Part shown: in pieces, positions 39,001 through 47,518 of the stretch | Numbering within the stretch: position 1 is the stretch's first letter | Layout of the letters: each line of letters opens with the position of its first letter | NCBI GenBank assembly: GCA_964460905.1 | Contig: CAYWRM010000002.1 | Coordinates: 91,173 to 155,172, forward strand | Length of the DNA: 64,000 nucleotides | Reading direction: 5' to 3' | Origin: an uncultured Lentimicrobiaceae bacterium | GTDB taxonomy: Bacteria; Bacteroidota; Bacteroidia; Bacteroidales; F082 | Notes under the pieces: generated by a model | What the model was told of the DNA's origin: nothing | Database searches by the model: none | What the model saw: the letters and a program-made list of their open reading frames with translations, nothing else | Position numbers and translations under genes: made by a program

Positions 39001-41260
39001 CAGGCACATCAATCTGTGTAAGCCCCCTTGTAGTACCAGCCCAAATAGAATTATTATGATCCCTTACCAACGAGTACACATAATTATTACACAAGCCATT
39101 TTCTGTATTGTAAGTTTTAAAGGAATGTCCATCAAAACTTGTTAATCCTCCACCATTTGTGCCAAACCACATATTGCCGTTATGATCTTGAGTTATTGAC
39201 CAAACAGTATTGTCTCCAAGCCCATGATTAGTTGTATATTGTATAACTGAATCATTTTTTAATTGTGCAACTCCACCATCCATAGTTCCAAACCAGAGAT
39301 ATCCTTCCCGGTCTTGAAATATGCTTAAAATTTTGCTGCTTCCAAGTCCTGCTTTTTCTGTTATTGTTACAAACTTGCTACCATCAAATTTTGTTACACC
39401 ACTTTCAGTACCAAACCACATGTTTCCTTCGTCATCTTGCAATACAGATCTTACAATATTATTAAGAAGCCCTTGTTTGGTAGAATAATTTGTAAACTTA
39501 AGGATGCCTGAATTTAAGCTACTACCATCTAATTTACTTACTCCTCCTCCATAAGTTCCAAACCAAAAATCACCATTAGTGTCTTGCATGCTGGCAAGAA
39601 CAATATTGTTTGCAAGCCCTTGTTCAGCTGTAATATGAGTAAATGTGCTTTGCTGACCTGGAATTACTGACTCATCAAGAATTGTTACACCCCCCTCAAA
39701 AGTCCCAAACCATAATCTGCCCTGATTATCTTGTAATATTGATAATACCAGATTATCTGTTAAACCTTGCTCTTTTGTATAATTAATAAAGCTGTGCAAG
39801 TTAAAATTACAAACTCCACCACCATCTGTTCCAATTAAAAGATTATCATTGCCATCTTCAAATAAGGTTCGTATGTAATTATCGCTTAATCCCTCTTTAG
39901 TAGTATAATATGAAAAAGATTCTCCATCGAAACAAGTGATTCCATCACCAAATGTTCCAAACCACATATTATTATCTGAATCCTCAGTTATTGATAGTAT
40001 TATATCGCTGCCTAGCCCTTGGGCAGTAGTATAATTAGTAAAAACCTGCCCATTGAATTTGGATACACCTCCACCAAATGTTCCAAACCAAATATTCCCA
40101 ATGTGATCTTTTTTAATAGATAATATGGTGTCTGAGGTTAACCCCTCCTCTCGTGTATAAGTAGTGAAATATTTTCCATCGTACTTTGAAACACCCCTTT
40201 CATGTGTTCCAAACCAAATATTGCCATAATCATCTTCACATAAAGTTGTAATATTATTACTAGCTAATCCTTGTTGTTTAGTGTAAGTAGAAATGGTACT
40301 ACCATTATATGAAGAGACTCCTTTTGGTGTAGCAAACCATATATTCCCTTCATCGTCCTCTAATATGTCAGTTATATTATTTGATGGGAGACCTTGTTTT
40401 TTAGTGTATTGGGTAATTGTTTTTCCATTAAAGCGATTTACGCCACTACCTTGGGTGCCGATCCACAGAGTATTATTTTTATCAATTAGTAACGAAAGAA
40501 TCATATCACTTGATAGTCCTGTTTTTGTGGTGTAGTGATTAAAAAACTGACCATTATATGAAATCAAACCTCCGGTATGAGTGCCGAACCATAGAATTCC
40601 ATCCTTATCTTTGGCAATAGCTCTTATGAATGAATTAGGCAATTCCTGATCTGCATCTAAAAAACGGATATTAAATGATGCATTTTCTTTATGTTTCATC
40701 GGCAAAGCCTTTATCTGACGTGGTCTTGCAGCAAGTAAGCTAATAGGAGGTAATATGGAGTCGTTATGTTGATTTGATGATTGTCTGCTTTCATTTATAA
40801 TTTTTTCATAGGACGATAGATTGTTATGGTTTATATTTATCTCTTGCGGAAGAATAGTAATAATGGGAGAATTATATTGTTTAGAATGTTGTTCTCTTAT
40901 TTTAGTTCGATCTATATTAATTATTTCAGGTTTTTTACTTTTCACAGCCGGTTCTTCTGCTAGTTTTTCTGAAAAAGATTGCTGTAAGAAAGATATTCCT
41001 GGTACTACCTCATAAGGGCTAGTAATTTCAACAGGAGGAGGAATATTGTTGTAAATTATTGTTGGTTCTTTAAATCCGTTTTTCCCCGGTATTGTTATTA
41101 TTAATGAATCAGCAACAACTTTTTGAGGAATTAATTCCGCTGAGAGCTCTTTTAAATATTGAGTATCAGATTTATGTTGTTGAATCTTATTTTCTTCACA
41201 TGCTGATCCAAGTAATAAAACGCATATCACAAAAATAAATAGGAGATTTTTTAATGTCAT
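36080..41260 (-). CDS. very large hybrid sensor kinase (beta-propeller repeats, Y_Y_Y-like, TM, HisKA, HATPase_c, 2 x REC, HPt)
   Basis: 1726 aa. About 14 repeats of the two-component-regulator propeller type (GL.sn.I.si.eD..GniWFGT..GG(V/L)sk(F/Y)dG). TM (WWLAWWVIILYILTFVLVFWLII), H-box SHEIRTPLNAILGF, GGTGLGLAISKS, two receiver domains (LLIIDLQ, IILMDLHMPLLDGY) and HPt (HTLKGESGNIGA). No DNA-binding output domain. Confidence 0.85.
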   Translation of the reverse strand: MTLKNLLFIFVICVLLLGSACEENKIQQHKSDTQYLKELSAELIPQKVVADSLIITIPGKNGFKEPTIIYNNIPPPVEITSPYEVVPGISFLQQSFSEKLAEEPAVKSKKPEIINIDRTKIREQHSKQYNSPIITILPQEININHNNLSSYEKIINESRQSSNQHNDSILPPISLLAARPRQIKALPMKHKENASFNIRFLDADQELPNSFIRAIAKDKDGILWFGTHTGGLISYNGQFFNHYTTKTGLSSDMILSLLIDKNNTLWIGTQGSGVNRFNGKTITQYTKKQGLPSNNITDILEDDEGNIWFATPKGVSSYNGSTISTYTKQQGLASNNITTLCEDDYGNIWFGTHERGVSKYDGKYFTTYTREEGLTSDTILSIKKDHIGNIWFGTFGGGVSKFNGQVFTNYTTAQGLGSDIILSITEDSDNNMWFGTFGDGITCFDGESFSYYTTKEGLSDNYIRTLFEDGNDNLLIGTDGGGVCNFNLHSFINYTKEQGLTDNLVLSILQDNQGRLWFGTFEGGVTILDESVIPGQQSTFTHITAEQGLANNIVLASMQDTNGDFWFGTYGGGVSKLDGSSLNSGILKFTNYSTKQGLLNNIVRSVLQDDEGNMWFGTESGVTKFDGSKFVTITEKAGLGSSKILSIFQDREGYLWFGTMDGGVAQLKNDSVIQYTTNHGLGDNTVWSITQDHNGNMWFGTNGGGLTSFDGHSFKTYNTENGLCNNYVYSLVRDHNNSIWAGTTRGLTQIDVPDNLLLEEDSLLNNKYVLINYGKVDGLKDIDFYTNSVFHDNKNRIWWGTGKALSLLELNTFKTPEDAPNVQINGLIINNKTINFNELIRTDKEISQSGIYFSDVSPFSNNPINLSLPHNLNHLTFQFTATYWSTPNQIQYQYKLKGFDKEWSLVTKDNIADYRNIPPGHFSFLLKAISKSGNWSKITEYPFIIRKPWWLAWWVIILYILTFVLVFWLIIKWRVNIVLKQKIILENLILDRTKELDNALSLAEQATIAKSQFIATMSHEIRTPLNAILGFTHLAIDSNLNPKQKDYLQKIDRSSNTLLSLINDILDFSKIEANKMQLEKVNFDLEIVLNSIIILNSQYTRKKNLEFIVRINPNVPRFLIGDPLRLGQVITNLCSNAIKFTSSGGITINVEIDKKLNNQEIYLQIAITDTGIGISKDQIPFLFDEFKQADNSITREYGGTGLGLAISKSLIEMMDGHIWLKSKPNKGTTFFFNCKVGVQPGYEFSSYVIPDKLKELNVLVCEDHPLAMQSIVSTLQLFLFNIDVVSSGEKVLEQFVKKPYDLLIIDLQACSYNNMDIINSIHKNPNSSSTKIITISNVELGEKGYEYNIYNVNDYLIKPFLPSVLLDKILSVFEIRELSINEQSKQEINYDHLKETLSGNHILLAEDNETNQQVIYELMKKVDIKVDIAKNGVTAVNMARETNYEIILMDLHMPLLDGYNASAQIRKFNTQVPIIAITADSVNTVAARCNEVGITDIITKPIDPLLLYNTILKWAIQYEEPHIDTNKLSDEFNRNITDIVIHDLDIQTGIHRFGGNKKLYIKMLKKFLSTNNQTCSDLRKLVQAKEFEKAHLLIHTLKGESGNIGANKIHELSKLVEQAILKKDISSFDNEIQLLETSMKDIILEAQNYFKETADLTEIDPRSIRELIVDLLEALHLKDPSTFDLLDELALRKIDKSELDAISKAINNNDITEALTLLKNYQINMN

Positions 41261-41375
41261 TTTGCAGTATTATTAACAGAAAATAGGGGTTAATTTTTGT
41301 AATATTCTTTAGCAAAATATTTGTTGCTGTAAATATACAATTGTTTTTTCACATTCATATTTTTAAAAATAACCT

Positions 41376-41383
41376 TAGTTTTG
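41376..41383 (+). promoter_or_regulatory. candidate -7 promoter element TAgtTTTG upstream of dnaG
   Basis: Exact TAnnTTTG match 17 nt before the TTG start of dnaG. Confidence 0.3.
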
Positions 41384-41399
41384 TACAAAAATATATATC

Positions 41400-43334
41400 T
41401 TGATAAATCCTAATACCATACAAACAATATTTGAAACAGCTCGTGTTGAAGAGGTTATTGGTGATTTTGTTACATTAAAAAAGAGGGGAGTTAACTACTT
41501 AGGACTGTGCCCGTTTCATAACGAAAAGACACCTTCCTTTAGCGTAAGTCCTGCCAAAGGTATTTATAAATGTTTTGGATGTGGCAAGGCGGGTAATGTT
41601 GTTGGCTTCATAATGGAGCATGAGCATTACACTTATCCTGAGGCACTTCGCTATCTTGCAAAAAGATATAATATTGAAATAGAAGAAGAGGAAGTTACGC
41701 CTGAAATGCAACAGCAACTGGATGAAAAAGAAAGTATGCTGGCGCTAAATTCTTTTGTTACTCAGTATTTCACAAAAAATCTTTTTGAAAAGAATGAGGG
41801 TAAGTCTGTTGGATTAAGTTATCTTAAAGAAAGAGAATTTCGCGAATCTACAATAGAAAAGTTTCAGCTTGGATATGCAATTGATCAGTGGGAGGATTAT
41901 TCAAAAGAAGCATTAGCAAATGGTTATAAAGAGGATATCCTTGTATCAACAGGTTTAAGTATTGATAAAGATGATAAACTACTCGACCGATTTAAAGGAA
42001 GGGTAATTTTTCCGATTCATAATCTTACCGGAAGGGTTATAGGTTTCGGAGGAAGGATTCTTTCTTCTGAGAAATCAAAAGCTAAATACGTTAATTCACC
42101 CGAGTCGGATATTTATAATAAGAGCAAGGTGTTGTATGGCATTTACTTTGCACGTAATGAAATAGTTAAGCAAAACAAATGTTATCTTGTTGAAGGTTAT
42201 ACTGATGTAATTTCGATGCATCAGGCTGGCGTTGAAAATGTTGTATCATCTTCGGGTACGTCATTAACAGTGGATCAGATTAAACTGATTAGCAGATATA
42301 CCCCCAATATAACAATACTTTATGATGGCGATCCGGCTGGAATTAAAGCATCATTTAGAGGAATTGACCTAATATTGGAGCAGGGGATGAATGTGAAAAT
42401 TGTGTTGTTCCCGGAAGGAGAAGACCCTGATTCATATGCCAGAAATCATAGTACTAGCGAAACAGAAGATTTTATTGTTAATAAGGCGGTTGATTTTATT
42501 AAGTTTAAAACTAATTTACTTCAGCAAGAGACTGTTGGTGATCCCTCAGGGAAGGCCGCGCTTATTAAAGATATTGTACATACAATTTCAGTTATTCCTG
42601 ATGGAATAAGCCGATCGGTATATATTAAGGAATGTAGTGTATTGCTTGATGTGGGGGAACAAACCCTTATGAATGAGCTAAATAAGTTGCTCAGGCAAAA
42701 ATTTAGAAAGCAATCGAATATCCCTCCCGAAGTAATCCCTCCTGAAGATATAAAGGAAACCAGGTTAAAACAGATTGATGTAGACCCGCTAGATATAAGC
42801 CATTTGGAGAATAATTTGATAAGGCTAATGTTGTTATATGGCGAAAGCGAATTGCAGATAAGCACAGAAGATGAAGAAACTGTTGATATTTCTATATCTG
42901 AGTATGTTATAAGTGATCTTGAAAATGATAAATTAAAATTTGAAAATGATCTTTATTGCAAGATTCTTAATGAGTTTAAAAGAGCACGAGATGAAAAAAG
43001 GGTTCTAAGCACATCATATTTTACAAATCATTCGGATCAACAAATTTCAACATTGGTAATTGAGTTAATTACTACACCATATGAGCTGAGTGATAACTGG
43101 GAAAAAAATAAGATTTTTGTAAAACAAGAGGGTGATGATTTGTCAAATCTTGTTCTTTCTACTTTAATGTCGTTTAAATCGAGGCTTATAAGCAAAAAAC
43201 TAAATGATATTTCAAATCAGTTAAAAACTGCAACTGATGAATCAGAAGTTTATCTATTGCAACAGGAGTTTTTTGAATTAAAGAAACTTACAAATCTAAT
43301 TGATGGTGAATTAAATAGGACTTTTAATTATTAA
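41400..43334 (+). CDS. dnaG: DNA primase
   Basis: Zinc-binding CPFHNEKTPSFSV...YKCFGCGKAGN and TOPRIM motifs (VEGYTDV, YDGDPAG). 644 aa with a TTG start. Confidence 0.9.
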   Translation: MINPNTIQTIFETARVEEVIGDFVTLKKRGVNYLGLCPFHNEKTPSFSVSPAKGIYKCFGCGKAGNVVGFIMEHEHYTYPEALRYLAKRYNIEIEEEEVTPEMQQQLDEKESMLALNSFVTQYFTKNLFEKNEGKSVGLSYLKEREFRESTIEKFQLGYAIDQWEDYSKEALANGYKEDILVSTGLSIDKDDKLLDRFKGRVIFPIHNLTGRVIGFGGRILSSEKSKAKYVNSPESDIYNKSKVLYGIYFARNEIVKQNKCYLVEGYTDVISMHQAGVENVVSSSGTSLTVDQIKLISRYTPNITILYDGDPAGIKASFRGIDLILEQGMNVKIVLFPEGEDPDSYARNHSTSETEDFIVNKAVDFIKFKTNLLQQETVGDPSGKAALIKDIVHTISVIPDGISRSVYIKECSVLLDVGEQTLMNELNKLLRQKFRKQSNIPPEVIPPEDIKETRLKQIDVDPLDISHLENNLIRLMLLYGESELQISTEDEETVDISISEYVISDLENDKLKFENDLYCKILNEFKRARDEKRVLSTSYFTNHSDQQISTLVIELITTPYELSDNWEKNKIFVKQEGDDLSNLVLSTLMSFKSRLISKKLNDISNQLKTATDESEVYLLQQEFFELKKLTNLIDGELNRTFNY

Positions 43335-43354
43335 TATCTCTAACTACTATTGCT

Positions 43355-43434
43355 CTTTCGGATTTGAAATCCGAAAGTAAAAATAATGGATTTAAAATCC
43401 ATAATCAACAGCATCCGGATTACAAATCCGGATG
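43355..43434. repeat. three tandem short palindromes sharing a GGATT(T)-N-(A)AATCC core, about 28-29 nt apart
   Basis: ctttcggatttgaaatccgaaag (43355..43377), atggatttaaaatccat (43386..43402) and catccggattacaaatccggatg (43412..43434). Confidence 0.7.
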
Positions 43435-43468
43435 AGCGAAAAGTGATGCGAATTAATATAGCGAGTCT

Positions 43469-43550
43469 TTGTCATTCTGAGCAAAGCGAAGAATCTCAAA
43501 ACATTGATTATCTGAGTATAAGAGATTCTTCGCTTTGCTCAGAATGACAA
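43469..43550. repeat. perfect 29-bp inverted repeat with 24-nt loop (REP/MITE-like palindromic element)
   Basis: ttgtcattctgagcaaagcgaagaatctc (43469..43497) is the exact reverse complement of 43522..43550. Confidence 0.85.
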
Positions 43551-43665
43551 TGGGTTTATTATTCTTATGGCTTTCACGGTCAGTAAAGCAAAATTCATAC
43601 AAATAATAAGCTTATATATCCCTGAAATTTAGTTTTTTTGCATATTATTTTAAAAATTACGTCAA

Positions 43666-45105
43666 GTGAGAAGAACTGAGATTAAATCATTGCTCCAATC
43701 AAAGGATTTTGGTAGCGAAATAGTTGTACAAGGATGGGTGCGTACAAAGCGTGGAAGTAAAAATGTTGCATTTATTGCACTTAACGATGGATCCACAATC
43801 AATAATATTCAAATAGTTGTTGATGTTGACGATAATTCAACTAAAATTTTGGAAAAAGTGAATACCGGAGCAGCTCTTTCGGTAGTTGGTGAATTAATAG
43901 AATCAGCAGGTAGTGGTCAAAATGTAGAAGTACATGCTAAGAATGTTGAGGTACTGGGAGTGGCAAATCCTGATGAATACCCACTTCAGCCAAAGAAACA
44001 CTCACTGGAGTTTTTGCGTGAAAAGGCACATCTACGCTATCGTACTAATACCTTTGCCACTATTGCACGTGTAAGGCACAATATGATTTTTGCTATTCAT
44101 AAGTTTTTTAACGATAGGGGATTCTATAATATTCATTCACCAATAATCACCGGATCAGACGCTGAAGGTGCCGGTGAAATGTTTCAGGTTACCACATTAG
44201 AACTTGATAATATCCCACATACTGATGACGGGAAAGTAGATTTTAGCAAAGATTTTTTTGGAAAAGCTACAAACTTAACTGTATCAGGTCAGCTTGAAGC
44301 TGAATTAGCTGCGCTTGCATTATCGAAGGTTTATACATTCGGCCCAACATTCCGTGCTGAAAATTCAAATACTGCACGTCATCTTGCTGAGTTTTGGATG
44401 ATAGAACCCGAATTTGCATTTGCTGACATTATTGATAATATGGATCTTGCCGAGGATATGTTAAAATATGTAATTGCTTATGCTCTTGAACATTGTATGG
44501 AAGATCTTGCTTTTCTGAGCAACCGTTTAACAGATGAAGAAAAGAATAAAAAGGCAGATGATCGCTCAATGGAACTTATTGAGAAGTTACGCTTTGTTAT
44601 AGATCAACCATTTGAGAGGCTGACATATACCGAGGCAATTAAAATACTGTTGAATTCTAAACCCAACAAGAAGAAAAAATTTCAGTTTGTAATTAATGGT
44701 TGGGGTGCCGATTTACAATCGGAGCACGAAAGATATTTAGTAGAGAAACATTTTAAAAAGCCGGTTATTCTTACTGATTATCCCAGCTCCATCAAAGCTT
44801 TTTACATGAAGCAAAACGATGATGGAAAAACTGTTAGGGCTATGGATATTCTTTTCCCACAGATAGGAGAAATTGTAGGTGGTTCACAGCGTGAAGAAAA
44901 CTATGATAAACTATACAATCGTATGAAGGAGATGGATATTCCTGAGGAGTCGATGTGGTGGTACCTTGAAACCAGAAAGTTTGGGACTGTTCCACATGCA
45001 GGCTTTGGATTAGGTTTTGAACGATTGATCCTGTTTATTACTGGCATGGGTAATATTCGTGATGTAATTCCATTCCCTCGCACACCTATGAATTGCGAGT
45101 TTTAG
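43666..45105 (+). CDS. asnS: asparagine--tRNA ligase
   Basis: OB-fold N-terminus ([22 protein letters not shown]) and class II motifs ([29 protein letters not shown]). 479 aa with a GTG start. Confidence 0.9.
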   Translation: MRRTEIKSLLQSKDFGSEIVVQGWVRTKRGSKNVAFIALNDGSTINNIQIVVDVDDNSTKILEKVNTGAALSVVGELIESAGSGQNVEVHAKNVEVLGVANPDEYPLQPKKHSLEFLREKAHLRYRTNTFATIARVRHNMIFAIHKFFNDRGFYNIHSPIITGSDAEGAGEMFQVTTLELDNIPHTDDGKVDFSKDFFGKATNLTVSGQLEAELAALALSKVYTFGPTFRAENSNTARHLAEFWMIEPEFAFADIIDNMDLAEDMLKYVIAYALEHCMEDLAFLSNRLTDEEKNKKADDRSMELIEKLRFVIDQPFERLTYTEAIKILLNSKPNKKKKFQFVINGWGADLQSEHERYLVEKHFKKPVILTDYPSSIKAFYMKQNDDGKTVRAMDILFPQIGEIVGGSQREENYDKLYNRMKEMDIPEESMWWYLETRKFGTVPHAGFGLGFERLILFITGMGNIRDVIPFPRTPMNCEF

Positions 45106-45276
45106 ATATAAAGTGGAAATTTGGAGTTAGAAAAAGGGATGCGGTAGTAGTTTGCTATGGCTTAAAGAAGCTGAACAATAGAATAATAGAATAGTTGAAT
45201 AATTGATTATTACACTATCGTTAATAACAATTTTAAAATTTTGCTAACCAAAATTGTGCCATAATAAAAATCTTGT

Positions 45277-45284
45277 TACATTTG
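45277..45284 (+). promoter_or_regulatory. candidate -7 promoter element TAcaTTTG upstream of rpoN
   Basis: Exact TAnnTTTG match 28 nt before the rpoN ATG. Confidence 0.3.
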
Positions 45285-45311
45285 TCTTCATTGAAATATT
45301 AATTACGACAA

Positions 45312-46784
45312 ATGCTGAACCAACGATTACAGCAAAAATTACTTCAGAAACTTTCGCCACAGCAAATACTGCTGATGAAGTTATTACAAATACCAACTGT
45401 TGGTTTGGAACAACGAATTAAACAAGAAATAGAAGATAATCCTGCACTTGAAGTAGATTCTAATGAGCAGGAGGATAATGATCAGGATATTGAAGTTAAA
45501 GATGATGTAGGTGATACCGAACTGGATGACTTTAAGTCTACGGATGATGAATTCGACTTTAATGATTACATAAATGAAGATGATGTTCCATCATATAAAC
45601 TGAAAACTAATAATTACAGTTCTGATGATGAGAGGAGGGAAATTCCTTTTGTCTCAGGAACAAGCTTTCACGAAAATCTTCAACAACAGTTGACCTTACG
45701 TCAGTTGAGCGAAGTAGAAAATCAAATTGGCACATATATTATTGGTAATATTGATGATTCCGGTTATCTCCATAGATCTATTGATGCAATTGTGGATGAT
45801 CTGGCTTTTGCTCAAAATATTGATGCCAGCAAGTTGAATATTGAAAAGGTATTAATGATAATTCAAGAGCTTGACCCAGCTGGAGTAGGTGCAAAGGATC
45901 TTAAAGATTGTTTGTTAATCCAGCTAAACCGTATATTGGCAGAATCTCCATCTGAGAAGGTTGAACTTGCAATAAAAATTATTACAAGATATTTTAACGA
46001 TTTCTCAAAAAAGCATTATCAAAAAATCATGAAAAGGGCTGAAATAAGTGACGAGCAGCTAAAAGAAGCGATGGATGAAATCCTTAAACTAAACCCTAAG
46101 CCCGGTAATTCGTTAAGTGAAACAACAAAAGAAAATCATTATGTAATACCCGATTTTACCATTGTTAATAATGGTGATAAACTTGAACTCTCTCTGAACT
46201 CATGGAATAGCCAGGATCTTAGAGTAAGTAGCTCATTTTCTAGTATAATGGATGCTGTTGGTAAACAAAAGAGAAGCAAGAAACAAAGAGAAGCTGCTTC
46301 ATTTATAAAGCAGAAAGTTGATTCAGCTCGGTGGTTTATTGATGCAATACAACAACGCCAAAATACATTATATGCAACAATGAATGCAATAATGGAATAC
46401 CAATACGATTATCTGCTTACAGGCGATGATACTAATTTGAAACCAATGATACTTAAAGATATTGCTGAAAAAGTAAATCTTGATATCAGTACCATATCAC
46501 GCGTAGCTAATAGTAAATATGTTCAAACCCCGTTTGGTACATTGTTAATTAAGAGCTTTTTTAGTGAGTCGATGCAAAAAGAGGATGGTGAAACTGTTTC
46601 CACCCGAGAGATTAAAACAATATTAAAAGAGATTATTAGTGAAGAAAACAAAGAAAAACCATATACAGATGAATATCTTACGTCTAAATTAAAAGAAAAA
46701 GGATATCCAATTGCCCGAAGAACGGTTGCTAAATATAGAGAACAACTAAAAATTCCGGTAGCACGATTGCGAAAGGAACTATAA
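45312..46784 (+). CDS. rpoN: RNA polymerase sigma-54 factor
   Basis: Gln/Leu-rich region I (LQQKLLQKLSPQQILLMKLLQ), an acidic region II, and a C-terminal RpoN box (ARRTVAKYREQLKIPVARLRK). Confidence 0.9.
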   Translation: MLNQRLQQKLLQKLSPQQILLMKLLQIPTVGLEQRIKQEIEDNPALEVDSNEQEDNDQDIEVKDDVGDTELDDFKSTDDEFDFNDYINEDDVPSYKLKTNNYSSDDERREIPFVSGTSFHENLQQQLTLRQLSEVENQIGTYIIGNIDDSGYLHRSIDAIVDDLAFAQNIDASKLNIEKVLMIIQELDPAGVGAKDLKDCLLIQLNRILAESPSEKVELAIKIITRYFNDFSKKHYQKIMKRAEISDEQLKEAMDEILKLNPKPGNSLSETTKENHYVIPDFTIVNNGDKLELSLNSWNSQDLRVSSSFSSIMDAVGKQKRSKKQREAASFIKQKVDSARWFIDAIQQRQNTLYATMNAIMEYQYDYLLTGDDTNLKPMILKDIAEKVNLDISTISRVANSKYVQTPFGTLLIKSFFSESMQKEDGETVSTREIKTILKEIISEENKEKPYTDEYLTSKLKEKGYPIARRTVAKYREQLKIPVARLRKEL

Positions 46785-46871
46785 CTGTTGTCAAGTTATC
46801 GTGTTGTATGTTTATCAGGTTGATATAACACAGCGACAGATGATAGCAATAACAACCTTACAATATCAACT

Positions 46872-47483
46872 ATGAAAGCAGGTTTAGCAAAAATAATATC
46901 TATAATATTTCACCCTCTTCTGGTTCCAACATATGCGTTATTATTACTTATAAACCTTCAAACTCACTCAATACTTGCATTACCTCTTAACTATCGATAT
47001 ATAATTGTAGGCATTGTTTTTCTCACAACGTTTGTATTACCATCTCTAATTATATTTTTCTTATTAAAATTTAATAAAATAAAGAGTTTGCAAATGCTAT
47101 CTCAACAAGAGCGTGTATTACCGATGATAATAATTACAGCTGCATTTTATACTACTTACTATTTGCTTAAGCAAACCTCCGAAAGCGGTATAATGGCTCT
47201 TTTTATGATTGGAGCCACAATGCTTGTCCTTATCGCTCTGATAATTAATTATATAACAAAAATCTCTTTACATTTAACAGCATGGGGAGGTGTGTTTGGC
47301 ACTTTTCTGGGAATGGCAATTATATTTCATTTTAACTTAACCATGTTACTGTACATAATTATATTAGTAACTGGAATTGTTGGTACGGCTCGTCTAAAAC
47401 TTAATGCACATACTCCCGTACAAGTTTATAGTGGGTTTTTCCTCGGCGCAGGTGTTATGTTACTGTTGTTTTATATGATTTGA
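46872..47483 (+). CDS. polytopic membrane protein (possibly degenerate PAP2-like)
   Basis: 203 aa with about 6 TM helices. SLHLTAWGG and ARLKLNAHTPVQVYSG weakly resemble PAP2 motifs 2 and 3. Confidence 0.4.
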   Translation: MKAGLAKIISIIFHPLLVPTYALLLLINLQTHSILALPLNYRYIIVGIVFLTTFVLPSLIIFFLLKFNKIKSLQMLSQQERVLPMIIITAAFYTTYYLLKQTSESGIMALFMIGATMLVLIALIINYITKISLHLTAWGGVFGTFLGMAIIFHFNLTMLLYIIILVTGIVGTARLKLNAHTPVQVYSGFFLGAGVMLLLFYMI

Positions 47484-47518
47484 GAAGAAAATGACGTTAT
47501 TTGGTATAGCTGCTAATA

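Noticed and set aside
42521-42865. 114-aa minus-strand ORF inside dnaG
   Set aside because: It is antisense to the dnaG C-terminal region, with a Ser/Ile-rich low-complexity translation.
43355-43550. Possible CRISPR-like array, because of several closely spaced palindromic repeats
   Set aside because: The repeats are not identical to each other, there are only three short ones plus one long inverted repeat, the spacing is too short, and no cas genes are present. They are called REP/MITE-like palindromes instead.
46785-46871. Possible inverted repeat / structured element after rpoN (ctgttgtcaagttatcgtgttgt ... acacagcgacag)
   Set aside because: Arm complementarity is poor when aligned base by base, so it is not distinguishable from chance in AT-rich DNA.
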